Source: Dimorphilus gyrociliatus
Lineage: Eukaryota; Animalia; Annelida
Assembly: GCA_904063045.1 (NCBI GenBank)
Contig: CAJFCJ010000008.1
Span: 620,001-684,000, forward strand
DNA length: 64,000 nt
Reading direction: 5' to 3'
Part shown: positions 12,298 to 28,681 of the stretch, in pieces
How positions within the stretch are numbered: position 1 is the stretch's first letter
Layout of the letters: each line of letters starts with the position of its first letter
Notes under the pieces: model-generated
The model's database searches: none
Told to the model about the DNA's origin: nothing
Seen by the model: only the letters and a program-made list of their open reading frames with translations
Program-made: the position numbers and the translations under genes

Positions 12298-15200
12298 TCA
12301 ACAACAATAAAAAAATTTATTATAAACATCTTCCGCGCTGCGGCATTCTAAGATATTTTCATGAATGTGTTTTAATTTATTTATAGTAAGTCTCTCTTCT
12401 TCCTCGAGCGTTCCTTCGAAACGAGAATGTTGATACAATTTATTACTTAAATAATAGAGCCAATAAACGTTTGTCTTGGGACGAAACCACTCCCATTCGT
12501 TTTCGTTATGTTCCCTCATCATTCTATATATTTCGAATTGAAGATCGCCTACTCCAGTAAATAACTCTTCGTCCGTTGAAATATCAGAATAGACGTTTTG
12601 CCCATCTAATTTAAAGAAAAGAAACATTAATTTATAAACATAAATAGGCTTATATTCTCAGACTTTAATAAAAAAGTACCTTGAGTCAATCTTGATAACG
12701 TATAATCAATTATTGTAACTTTAATTCCTCTACTAAGAACTGTTATATTATTGTTTTTAAGACGAAATTGTAGATTCTTCTTCCTCTCCTCCCTTACAAG
12801 AACGTTTCCCCAATGTAAATCTCGATGCTCAAATTCTAATCTATCTTCGGCAACTGCTAAGGAAAGAACTGTTTGCTCGAAGATTGCGTAAACCTGCCAT
12901 GCATTTTTGAATATTTTAGATTCCAATGTTTTCCCACTTTCCTCATATTCGAGTACAACGTAATGCTGATCTTCCGGAAATTCATCTATGAAAAAAAACA
13001 TCATAGATATAGTACGATATTTAAATACAATCAATGGAAATTTCAACCTGGACAGTCATTTTCAGTTCCATTAGCATCGGCAAAATTGAGCCATTGTTGT
13101 AAGAATTGCTCAGGATATGGTCCTTGTACAAGGGAAGCCCTATAATAAATTAAAATATTATATTACGTTGTAATATGCTTCAACAGAACATACTTTTTTA
13201 ATTTGCAAAATCCAGGAGTTGAAGAAAATTCATTCATATTATCCAAATTCGACAATTCCCTGATAATCATAATAAAAACATGATATATTAGATATTTATT
13301 TAACTATTTGTAAGTAACGTAATAAGATACCTGGATATAACAATTTCTGCACAAATATCTGTAAATGATTTGGGCAGTTCCCCATTAATCATTTCTGTAC
13401 CAGATACAGGTATAACTTTAATAGCGCTTTTACTCTTTCCTCTTGGTGCCATAAACACTTCACCGTAAACGCCTTCTCCTAATTTAACGCATTCTTTTAA
13501 CATCCTTCGAAAGATTTTCTCTTTTAATTGGAATTACTTTTAAATAAAGAATTCAATAAAGAACTAACCTTTTTGTCATGCATTTATCAAAAGATAGAAC
13601 GTCTTCTTGTTCACAGCATAAAAGCAATTTCTCCTTGTCGCTAATTTCCTCTCCAGCGAGATTTCTAACGGGGCTGAAAACTTCAAATAAACTCAGTGAA
13701 GTTTTATGAGGTGTACAATGCACCGTCAATCTATGAAAACGTTCGCTTAGCTTGCGATGAGAGTGCAAATTCGATTTTAATTCCTGACTTTCATTTGTTA
13801 CTGACTCTTCCGATAAAATAGTTTCGTTTTTATCAAGGCTTTCCACATCTTTTAGAGGAATTGAGGATGCTTTTGATTCGTCTATTTTGTCCACATCTAT
13901 AATGCTTTGACTATTTACAGTTATCTCTGAATCAGTAATACAATTACTGCGAATGGAATTTTCACTTTCGCGAATTCCATAAATATTACCAACAATTTGT
14001 GAAGGTGAAGAAAGGCATTCAGTTAATCTCTGTTGTTTTAATTGGGCCATATAATTCTGATTGAATGACTCATAGTAAGCTTTTATCTTATATTCACTTT
14101 CCGTTAGCTCATCGTTCGACCTGCGTCCGATTTGCATTTCCTCTGGGGGTGTTGAGAAAAGATCCTGTGAACTATTATAACCACCCCGTTCAGGAGATCC
14201 AAAAATGGATAATTCGGCTGTACTTTGTTCAATACTAGTATGAGATATTCCAATATTCGGTTCTGTGATTTGAACTTTAGATTCGTTAATAGGCAAACTT
14301 TGAGAGATATTCGTTTTGGGTATTGGGCTTTTTTGATTTTCTGAATGTGATAAAGAGCCAGCACTCACACTACTGGAGGAAGAGGAAGCATTAGATTCTT
14401 TCATTACAGACAGTTTTAGTTCACTTTTATTCTCAGATTTTGAAGACTCTAAAGATATTCCTGTTCCGTGTGGCGAGCAGCTGAGAAATTTTGAAGTATC
14501 TTCAGATGAAGTTTTAGACGATGAAGTACCAGCCTTATCTAACGAACTCAGCTTATTGTCAGTTTTCGGCTTTTCGTCATTAGGTGAGTTATTCGCATTC
14601 TTTGACAAGTTTATAACAGGATCGTCAAAAACTTCTCCTCTATAAATTTCCTCTTCGTCATACTCTATTATTGATATATTCACCTCTTCTTGATCATCCT
14701 CTCTTTTGAACAAAGTGCGATCGTTAACTGGTGTACTACAAGTTAACGTACTTGAAATGGATTCTAATTCAATTCGTCGCGCTTGAGTAAGTGAAGCATT
14801 TATTGGAGCTGGCGAGCAGCGATAATCGCAGGAAGTATTAGTGTTCGGCTTTGGCGGTTCATACGATTCAATGTTTAAGCTATAGCTATCGAATTCACTA
14901 AAGTTTATAACTGGCTCCTTAGGAGGTGAAACAGGCTTTTGTTTTTCGGCAATATTTTTCACGGGACCAGTCTTTTTTGTTTGTTTCCTATTTGTTGATT
15001 TTCTTCCTTTTTTCTTTGGCTAATAAACAATTATTGTTGTTTATAATATATTATGCGTATATTTATAAAACAAATACCTTTGATTCTTTCGGCTTAAAGG
15101 CAAATAAGCTATCCTCGCTTGATTGGCTTGCACATTTATTAATATTGACAGAAGACCAGTTCACTGACTATAGTTGACAAAAATCAATGTTCAAAGACTT

Positions 15201-15499
15201 TTAGCTCCTAAAGTTAGACTTACGTTGCTACTGGAAGTATTTTCTTTTTCTGAACAACTGGAACATGTCGTACAATTTGAAGGCCAAGCTGGTTTAACTT
15301 TACCTGAAGCAATTCTTGTAGACTTTCTTATCCCTTCTTTTCTCTGAATTAAACTTTTTGAATCTCCATCGTCAGTTTTAATAAACGATTCGCTGGTATC
15401 ACTGAAAACCGGTTGTTTACAGGATATGCGTTCACTTATAATCCGGTGCCGATTAGTTTTCAAACTAAATGTATTAAAACCGTTATACTGTTTTCTCAT
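12298..15499 (-). CDS. HASPIN: Haspin (histone H3T3 kinase) with long disordered N-terminus
   Basis: KLGEGVYGEVF, EFEHRDLHWGNVLV, IIDYTLSRL, FTGVGDLQFEIYRMMR, WFRPKTNVYWLYYL; first ATG of the upstream exon at 15499. Confidence 0.93.
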
Positions 15500-15878
15500 C
15501 TCCTCTTCTCTCCTGGTAGCAGAATTATTTGATATTTGATTGAACAAACACCAACAATAGGTAACGGAAAAAAAGAATTACACGAAAAGAGGAGAATTAT
15601 TTGATTATTAGAAAAATATCGTCTTTTCTTTATCTAATAATAAGTGTAAGGTTTTTAAAAATATTACTTTGTGTCATAAGTAAATAGATATTTAATTCTG
15701 CTAAAATTATTCCTTATCAGCGATTGTTGTAATTTTTACATTTGAAATTCGCGTACCGTAATTCGCCTAATCGATTCTCTAATTCGATTCTTCAAATCGA
15801 TCGATTAATCGACAATTTAAATAATATAGAGAGTATACTGTATTTTTAAGGTGTACACACTAATGAATTTTTCACTGA

Positions 15879-18800
15879 TTAATCTAAGTTATTTGATCCT
15901 TTCAAGATGTTTAATTCTTCGAGTTTTAAATCTGGTATCGTAATACCAGTTTGCTTCCAAGCTTTACAATGGGGTTTTCTTACAAACGTGGTGGTAGAAA
16001 TATCATTAATGACGAATGGATCGACCTTTAAAACCGGTAATTCAATGCCTTCGTGGTTTATCAGAACACCCCAATTTGCTTCGCATTCTTTACAATGAAT
16101 TTTACCAATTCTGTGTATATTCCCTCTAGTGTTTTCCTTACGAGGATGTTCTTTTAAAACGTACTACGAAGATATAAAGATATGTAATAATATTTAAATA
16201 ATTATTTGAAATCAAACTTACTCTTGTTTCGAAATCTCTTAATAATATAACTCGATGACTATTTCCTACAAGCCTCAAATCGGATGATAAACAGGCGATA
16301 CTCTCGCATTTAATACATCGAAATTCATATACTTTTTCATCTGGTGTGATTATTGCATTTGATTGAAAACGTTTTAGTTTACGGTCCGTATTCATTCTAT
16401 TTTGAACTTTAGGGATTTTTATCCCAAATTCGTATTTTCCTTCTTCCGTTGCTAAATGATCAATGCACTTTTTGAGGAATTTCTCTCTCATCATGTTAAT
16501 TTTTTCCTTTTGATAATTATTGTTCGTTGTTGATGTAATCAAAAAGTATTTAGAATTTGCAGCTCTACCTCTTCCTCTTCTTTGTATCATCGCTTTCATT
16601 TCACTAACGTGTTCATAGGTAATAACCAAACCGCATTTTGATATGTCTAAACCCTCTTCACCGACTGAAGACGAAACCAATACTTTATGTCTTCCCTCTT
16701 TGAAATACCTCAAAACATCTTCTTGTTGTTTATGCGACATTCCCAGATCTGAAGATTTAGATCCTACAAGTTTGTTTGCATTCAAGTGGGATAATTGTTG
16801 ATCTTCATTTATCCATGTTACCAAAAAATCAATTACAATTCGAGTTTTTGCAAAGATTATACTTCTTTCACAACGGTTAGTTCTAAGAACTTCCTTCAGT
16901 TTTAGCAGTTTTGGATTTAAGTTTTTGGGATCTTCTGCAATAGTTTCTAACTCTAGAAGAGAGTTTTGAAAATCTGCTATCCACTGCTTTTCACTTTCAG
17001 ATTTCTTTAAGTCCTGCGATAAAAGTTCTTTTTTCAGATATGCAAGACAATCTTTTGGATTGAGGTCACGATGCATCAGCAGTGCTGTATTATAATGCTA
17101 TAGGAGTATAAAAGGATTAACGTAATTCTTGAATGATATGCCACATAGTATTTAATGTTACATACAGAAAGGAATATCTTTGCTGTATAATAAAATTCCC
17201 TTATTTCCACATCTCTTATACGACTAATTGTAGACATTGAAGTGCCTATCCAACTCGTATAAATATCGGATCCTTTTTCTGATGGAAAATTAGCTAGGCT
17301 AGAGAGATCGTGCTGAAACTGACTATTCCTACTTGAATCTATTTAAAAAAGTGTACATTTAGGAAAATCACAACTGTTACTATTTGAAAATTACTTCTCT
17401 TCTCATTCCAAAGATTTTCAATGCCTGTCATCAACTCTTTAATTATATCACCAAAAGAATCTATCTCTCTCGGTGGTACATCTAAAATATCTTCAGTAAC
17501 ATTGTTGATAAACTGTTTAAATTCGTCTACGTTCTCTCTAATTACAGGGACTTTTTTAATATCTAGGTAAGCGCACAATTCAAATATGGCATCTTTGGCA
17601 TCTGTCATATTTTTAGCCTTTTGTAACGGAGGCGAGGCGGTTAAACCGACGATTTGAGTTGAATGTTCATTGTCGTTCCTTTCTTTTTCTTCATGATATA
17701 TGTCCATAATCTTTGCATAGGGATGACCTTTTAGGCAGTGGTGACATTCATCGAAAATAATCATAGAGAAATGATCACTCAAACTTATTTTGTTTTCTCG
17801 ATTTCTGCAATTGGCAAATATGGAGAGAGAGAGAGAGACAGTTAATTGATTTGCTTTGAAAATATGAAACAATTAAACTTACGTTAAATCGTTAAGTAAC
17901 ATTTGAGGAGTAGTAATAAGAATTTTATTTTCAAGAGAATTTGTAACTGTTAGGCTATCAGCCTTTGATCCATGAAAAGCTTACGAGATAGCAAACGATG
18001 GGTTATCTTTCGAAAAAGAATATACTATCAACCAAGGCACTCACCTGCAATAGAGGTTGAATATTCATGAAGAAACTTTTTAAATTCCCTCTCATGTTGA
18101 TCAACTAGGGCTACTGTTGAAGCAACAACTACAACAGTATTCTCTATTGGATCCTGATCCAAATGTTCTTTTACAATATACATTGCTATGTGAGTTTTTC
18201 CGGTTCCAGTTGGAGCAACTATTAGGGTATTGAAACCTTGTAAGGCAGTTTCAGCGTATTCCTTTTGATAATTTCGAAGAACTAAGCTCTCTCTTTCCAC
18301 AATAATCTCCTCAGATTTTCGTGTAATAGGTATGTTAGAATCAGTCGTTTCAGTGATGACGGTTTGACAATCACTCGAAATGTTAATATCTTTTTTTTCT
18401 TCAATGACATCTTCAATTTTTTCAATAGGTACTCTGCTTTCTCCGTCTGTTTCAGCTGACTGAGGAATATTCAAATCCATCGTCTCTGCCTCTTCTGCTT
18501 GTGTTTTGCAATGTCTTTTTGTAGGTGACGCACCCTCTAGCATAGGCTCATCAGACTGTTCTTCATATTCCCCAAGTATAGCAATAGGTTCATCGTCATC
18601 AATAGTTTTGTAACTTCCCACTCTCTGTTCATCCTCTACAAGTTAAATAAATTATATTGGTTAAATAATTCGCTAATAAGATTGGGATTACCGGGAGAGG
18701 ATTGTCCAAACTGCGTATCAACAACAACATTATATGTATCCTTCATTTCTTCTAAGGTTTCTGTAATAAGAATTTAAAGATAGTTCAAGATAAATATCAA

Positions 18801-19640
18801 TAATAAATTGTTTGAAACATCACTTGGGTGAATAAGGGCGGGATCTATTTGTCTTAATATGTCCAAATGTTTTAACTCTTTCAAAGCATAACAAAAATAT
18901 GGTATCCAATTAAAATTACATTTCATTTGGATTTGTTGTAGGAAAAAAGCAAGTTTTACACCTCTACTGCCAGGACGATTTGGACTTATATTTGAAAAAA
19001 TTTCATCATCTAAAAATCTTATTTCTGGTGGCTTTTCAAGTACTTTCATCTTAAGCACTAATTGATGAATATCTATAACAGTATCAATAACGATCATTCC
19101 TCTAAACAAGTTAAAAAATTTGATCGAGTCTTTATAAGATTTCGACGTTTTATCATTATTCAGCAATGTAAGGGTATATCTCTCTCCTAATTAAATAAAG
19201 ATTATTTGAATATAAATATGTCAAGAATAAATGTACTGTACCGTGTATGGAAAGAGCATCTTCTAGTGTATAGAACCAACGTTTATTTAAATGATCATCT
19301 TTCAATTCCTTAGAAAGTATCAAGTCCATTAAATTTTTCGAAGCTATTGTTGGTCCTCCGTACATCAACGAGGATAGAATTTCATGACTCTCGCAATCTG
19401 TTGAATTAACAGATAGTTAATCAATCAAATGATAAATTTACTTATAAACTCCACCTGAAAAGTCTAAATGCGGTTGCAAATATAGTAGTATATCGATAGG
19501 TCTCAGAAATAGGCTACAAACAGAATTACCGTTAAACAGGCGAAGAATAAAGAAACGTTAGCAATCACTTACAATTCACTTTGAAGACAATTTCTTACAT
19601 AATCTTTCATATCTAAATTCATTTCTTCCCTTGTTGACAT
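15879..19640 (-). CDS. RIG-I-like receptor (CARD-CARD, DExD/H helicase, Zn-binding C-terminal domain)
   Basis: APTGTGKT, IIFDECHH, VGLTAS, IIFAKTR, VGEEGLDI, QRRGRGR; CTD CxxC pairs RCIKC and HCKEC; N-terminal exons resemble RIG-I CARDs (LRPIDILLYL...RWFYTLEDAL; NWIPYFCYALKE). RIG-I versus MDA5 orthology not resolved. Confidence 0.9.
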
Positions 19641-20200
19641 CTCTATACAGTAAGTTGCAACTATATAGTTCAATTGAATGAAACTCCTAGTTTCAGTTTC
19701 GTTTAATCGAAAATAATTCCGTTGAAAAAATGAGTATCCTGATATTTCTATACGTACTATGTCTACAGTATGGAATAGTTTTTGTTTGTCTTAAAAAATT
19801 CATATTTGTATTTATTATTTCAAAATTTTTGAGGAAAAAAACAAAAAAAAGTAATAAATTGATATCATAAAAAATTAATTTAATAACATAAATAGAATGC
19901 AATATAAATATTACAAGTTTGTTTTTTGTTGATTGTTCGATTATAAATTCTTCAATTAGAAATTATTTTTATCGCACCATTTGAAATATCTAAGATCAGT
20001 AAATAATCTAGTAAGTAGAAAGGGAAAAAAGAGAGATAAAGAAGATATTCAACAACGATATGCAAGAAAGAAATTAAATAGTTGCACTAAAATGACTTTG
20101 AACAACTTAGGATGACAAAAAGGTTAATCACAAGAATCTGGAACGAAAGATTACATATATAAATATATATATACTGTATATATTATTGTAAAATGTTCAA

Positions 20201-22958
<2,758 letters not shown>

Positions 22959-23669
22959 CCTTCTCCGTTAACCAATACAATAGCGAATGTCTGTGTTTCC
23001 TGTTTAAAAAAAAGTTTATGACTAAGAAATCAATAGGACGCGATTAAATATGTATTTAACTTAAGATAAAACAAACTGTTGTTATATAATATATTGATGT
23101 CGCAGATGAACAAATAAATAGCTACAATCATCGTCTTTGAGTAATCGATGCTCTAACAAAGAGGAGCATCGGCCTGAACGATAAAACACAGTTATTTTAT
23201 GTTACAAACCTAAAACAGCTTTCCAATTAACCTCACAACGAATTTACTCAAAGAATATTCTTGGTAAAGACAGACAGTGGCTAGAAATCCTGCATTGTCA
23301 AGAAAAAGAAGAAATTGCTCATTCAATCATCACCAAGATTACTTTATACAATACGAAGTATGGTTACGAGTCCCGCAACGGTGAATAAATAATGATTGAT
23401 AGCGCGTTAATAATAATTAGAAAAAGTAAATGTTACATTGCAGTTGATTACTAGCTTAACAATTAAATACTTTAAAATATAGTATTTTAAATTTTTTGCA
23501 AACTTAATGTTAAAACGAGTTAAGTAAGTCATATTAGTAATCTATGAGTCACTCTTACATATTCGAAGCAAATCTATTTCGGGAACACGTATCCTTATCT
23601 ACTTCGTTCTTTCGCGCGGAATTTTAAAATCGAACATAGCATGTGCTTAGCTATAGGGGGGAAAACTAT

Positions 23670-24830
23670 ATGGTCCTCAAATTGATTGCTGCTGTTACGC
23701 CTGTATTTCGTCATATTCATTCAACAAAAATGGCGAAAAGTAGATTTGAATATGTGAAAAAGTTTGAAATGGAAGATAAACTCTTGTTGAACTCTTGGAT
23801 AGTACTGAGAATCGATGGGAAGGGTTTCCATAAATTTTCTGACAAACATAATTTCGAGAAACCTAATGATATAAAAGCTCTTAATCTAATGAATAAGTGT
23901 GCTAAACGTGTTATACAAGATTTTAACGAGATAATTCTGGCTTACGGGCAAAGTGATGAATATAGCTTTATTTTTAGAAGAGATACAAAATGTTATAATA
24001 GACGACAAGCAAAAATCCTTACAAATGTAGTAAGTTTGTTTACATCAAGCTACGTGTTCTACTGGAAAGAATTCATGACAACAGAACTATTGTACGCTCC
24101 TTCATTTGATGGAAGAATAACTCTATATCCAACTGATAAAAATCTGATAGATTATGTTTCTTGGAGGCAAGCAGACTGCCATATCAATAATTTGTACAAC
24201 ACCTGTTTTTGGAAACTTGTTCAAACTGGTGGATTAAGTCCAAAAGAAGCTGAAGAAACCTTAAGGGTTAGTTGTATTCGTATAAACAATTTCGTTGTAT
24301 TCAATTACAATCAAACAGCAAAGTTAGCATCTAATCAGAAATTCAGAATATGAATATTTCTACATGGTTTTTATTTTTATAGTATTTATAATGACCTTTA
24401 AAAACATACTGCTGTACTGAGTACTTCATAAATACCGCACAGCTATCTCTTTTTCCCTCCCCCTCTCTCTCTCTCTCTCTCTCAAGACGTAGTTTACGTT
24501 TCGTTGTAGGCATTAATACAAGAGTTATTTTAGGGCAACAAGCATAAAAATTTTATTACTTAATTGGTAAAATAAATTTTTCTTGTAATAAAACTTATTA
24601 TTTTACAACCGATTTCTTTGATTAATATTCTCTCCTTTCTTTAGGGAACTGTTTCCAAGGACAAAAATGAATTACTCTTCTCCAGATTTGGCATTAATTA
24701 TAATAATGTAGAAGAAATTTACAAAAAGGGATCAATATTGATTAATCAACCAGGAAAAGAAATTGAAACACTCCATTGTGATGCAATTAAAGAACAATTT
24801 TGGAATGAACATTCGTTTATTCTATCTTAA
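23670..24830 (+). CDS. THG1L: tRNA-His guanylyltransferase (Thg1), 2 exons
   Basis: MAKSRFEYVKKFE, RIDGKGFHKFS, YGQSDEYSF, PSFDGR, WRQADCHINNLYNT; exon 2 GTVSKDKNELLFSRFGINYN. Upstream in-frame ATG at 23670; core ATG at 23730. Confidence 0.95.
24463..24483. repeat. (CT)n microsatellite in the THG1 intron
   Basis: Directly visible. Confidence 0.9.
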
Positions 24831-25082
24831 AATAAGCAATTGATGAAATAAAAGTTAAGATAATGGCCTATTTTAAACTATCTCCCTTAAATTCAATTTC
24901 AACTGTTATTTATTTTATACTTTTGAAGTTAAATATCCCTCAATTGGTCATACTGCCACTATGATCGTCTTTAAGTTTACTCTAAGTTTGTTGACCAATA
25001 CCAGTTATTCCTGAATATTTTGCATAGTTTTATTACAAATATAAAATTTGACGACTTTTTTTACTTTCGTCTATTTATAAAA

Positions 25083-28000
25083 ATGAAAAGATCGACAAGT
25101 GATGATAGTGATGATGAACTTTTATTTTCTAAACTTTCTAAGAGGCGTAAAGAATCAGCTCGAGAAGAAATTAAAACTTCCATTATAAATAATTGCAAAA
25201 CCCTGTCTAATATCGCTCATACAGATACAGAAGTATCTGTAGGAAAGAATAGTAATCAAAATACAAATACAAAATCAAGTCCAAAAGCATTATCTGTAGC
25301 AAATGTACAACTACGGAGAACTGGCAGAAAAAAAGTTAATAAAGCTCAAAAAAAAAATAAACCTACTCCTTTCAAAACTCCGGAAAAGTCTAAGGCAGCG
25401 CCCCAACACTGTCCAATCTGTCAAGCTCCTTACGGATGTTTAATCGCAGAATCTCCAGGCTGGCATCGTCAGCAGTGTTCTCTATTAGAAATAAAGAGAA
25501 AGAAAGGTTTAGCATTCCTGTTCATTATAATCCTATTAAAAGTTAAATGATCTAATTTATAGATTGTCCCCAAGGAGAAAATTGTAATAGTGAAATTCTC
25601 AGTCACTATGAAAGATACAATCATGAAAAATTGGCTAAATTACGTACTCGGCAGGATAGTAAGTAGCTTTTTCGTTAGACGTAGATCATACAAATTGATA
25701 ATAAAAAAATTTTGCTATCCAGAGGAGTCGAGAGAAAATGTGGCAAAAAAGCTGTTTCAAAATAATTCAGCTGAAGAATTAGAATGTGAAGCAAATAGGA
25801 AGGATACTTGCATAGCAAATACAACAATTATTCTTAGTAGTGACGATGAAGAGGTAGCATGTGTTCTTGATATAAAAGAACCTGATAAATCACATAGTAT
25901 TGAGAAGGTTCCTAGTGATGATAACGCAACAGAAATTGATATACTAAAAGAAACTGTAATTAAATCAAGGGAGGAAGGAGAAGATAATGAAAAAATTAGT
26001 ACGTTTGAGAGTGAAATGTATAGAAATAAAGTAAAAGAAAATGAGCCAGGTTTAGTCGAAGAAACAGCTACACCTAGCTCTCAATCCAGCGCCATAACAA
26101 TCCTAGAAGATAGTAAATCTCAAGAAGATAGGATGAATACATTATCTCAATCGTGTTCTTCTACTAAGAGTAGATATAGCGTTCTTGACGAGTTACCAAG
26201 CTATCAGCAAATTTCACCTCTCCAACTTAGTCAGGGTGGAGAGGAAAAGGACGCCTTAGCGGATAATATAGAGGATAATTATTTTGTTGAAGAAGAGATT
26301 ACCAAAACATTGCCTGAAGTTAAAGAAGTTGAAGAAAAAAAATCTGAATCTAGCGATTCTGATATAGACGAAGAAGAACTGGAGGAAATAATGCAGTCCT
26401 ACGTGAACAAATGTGAGAGACTTTTAAAAGAAAAGGAGGAAAGTAAAGAGGAAGATAGCGATAAAGAACAAGAAGCTATAATGCTAGATAAGAATAAAGT
26501 AGAGGATAGGAGCAAAGAAGAAGGTGAAAAGGAGAAAGTAGACGAAAAAAAATTGGAAAACAACTTGGAAGAAAGTGAACATATAGACTCTCAAAATTTT
26601 CACAACAAATCAACGAAACAGTCGTCTATTATCTCTTTTTTTGCCAAAAAAGATATTGAAAGGAAAAACACAAATGCTCAAAATAGTACTAAAACTGTGT
26701 CTTTCAATAAAAAGCCTAAGAGTCAAAGTGTATCAAAAGAAGTTCGATATGAAACGAAAAATTCATCCAAAACAGTCGTCAAAAGGTGCCCTTTTTATAA
26801 AAAGATACCGGGAACAAAATTTACAGTAGATGCTTTTAAATATGGCCTAATTCCCGACTGCGATGCGTATTTCTTAACTCATTTTCACTATGATCACTAC
26901 GGTGGTTTGACAAAAACATTTGAAGGAACAATCTATTGTTCAAAAGTAAGTTTTAACGTAATATAGAAGCTAAAAATAATAATAAAAACTTATTAATACT
27001 TTTTCTCTTTCTTTTCTAGATAACAGCAAATTTATTGTTATTGAAAATTCATGTAAATGTTGACAAAATCAAAGTATTAAATTTAAATGAAGAATATATT
27101 GTACAAGGCTGCAGTGTTACATTTCTGGAGGCTAATCAGTAAGTAATAATAACTATCCAGCAGTTTTTTATAAAAACAAGTTTCAGTTGAAGATTATATT
27201 TTGACTAAAAATGCTTTCTAGCGTAGAAATTACCATGAAAATATATACTTAATGCATAAATATAAATATATATAAAACCGTTAGATGGCGTTTAAAGATT
27301 ATGGAAAAATAGTTTTTAAAAAAAGATATTTTATTTTTTCAGCTGTCCAGGTGCTGTATTAATTCTTTTTAAAACATCAAATGGATGTTGTATGCTACAT
27401 ACTGGAGATTTTCGGGCTTGTCCAGAGATGGAGGAGTACGAACCAATAAAGAATATACAAATAGATGAATTGTATTTGGATACTACGTAAAAAAAAATAC
27501 TTAATATTCCATTAAAGTATTAAATTACTATAGTAAAAATCTTTCTCTTTTTTTTCTGCCTCTCGTTTTTAAGGTATTGTAAGCCGACCTATAGTTTTCC
27601 ACCACAACAATTTATCATAAATTTAGTTGTTGATATTTGTCTAAATTTGAACGATGGTAAAACGGTATTCGTCTGCGGTAGTTATACTGTTGGAAAAGAG
27701 AAAATATTCAGAGCAATATCCGAAGCATTCAATTCGAAAATTTACGTTACTAGAGATAAATTTAACATTTTAAAATGCTATGATAATGAAGCATTAACTG
27801 AAAGTTTGACAATGAATAAATTTGAAGCTTTGGTTCATGTTCTTCCTCTTTTTGATGTTCGTCGTTCCGATGTAAATATTGACTTTCTTCCCTTTAGCAT
27901 TGATTCTATTTTACTTGTATTTGTTATATACATATTATATTCTTCAATTATAGAAAATGGAATCCTATCTAAAGTCTTTGTCTACAAAGTTCAATCGTCT

Positions 28001-28330
28001 TGTTTCTTTTGAACCAACTGGTTGGACTTTTGAGAAAAAACTTAATTTTAAAGAATTGAAACCAGTCTTCAACAAAAATAATATTCTCCAATACGGTAAG
28101 TTTTTCAACATTATTCAAATAAAAGATAACTACTTGATTAAACGATGTAACATTTTCGTTGAACTTCAATCACTTTTCCAGCCGTTCCGTATAGCGAACA
28201 CAGCAGTTACGAGGAATTGAAACGATTTGTTCAGTACACAAAGCCAAAAAAAATTATACCTACGGTTAATGTTGGCAAACCAGAAAGTCGTCTCGAAATG
28301 AATAATATATTTAAAAGATGGTTGTCATAA
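25083..28330 (+). CDS. DCLRE1A: DNA cross-link repair nuclease SNM1A (UBZ, PBZ, MBL/beta-CASP)
   Basis: CPICQ..H..C zinc finger, CPQGENC..HYERYNH PBZ-like motif, [45 protein letters not shown]. Confidence 0.93.
27279..27290 (+). promoter_or_regulatory. CTCF-like motif (CGTTAGATGGCG) in a longer-than-usual DCLRE1A intron
   Basis: Core TAGATGGCG inside an intron of about 200 nt. Confidence 0.45.
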
Positions 28331-28681
28331 CAACAGATGTTTATTTTTGTAATTAATTTGTACACTTTAATTAAAAATTTTGTGAACGAAACAATAAGAA
28401 ACATTCTATTTTTAGAGGAAAATACTAATTTTACCTCAACAACAAGAAACACTAGAAAAAACTTTATTTTTGTTTTTACATATTTCTATATTTCAAACCA
28501 TTAATAATCCAAATTGTCTTTTACTTTTGTAAAAAGGGATTGAAAGCTAAATAAAAGCGTTTCCTTTTTTTATAAAATGACTTTGATTTCATAAGACAAG
28601 TTAAATGTGTGTGCACCGAAAGAACTGAAGTACTTAACCTTTACAGTAGCCTAAATTCGGTTACCAGCTAACTACCATTAA

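Noticed and set aside
23589-23596. GTATCCTT, a U12-type donor consensus upstream of THG1
   Set aside because: No TCCTTAAC-like branch site downstream; probably promoter or 5' UTR coincidence.
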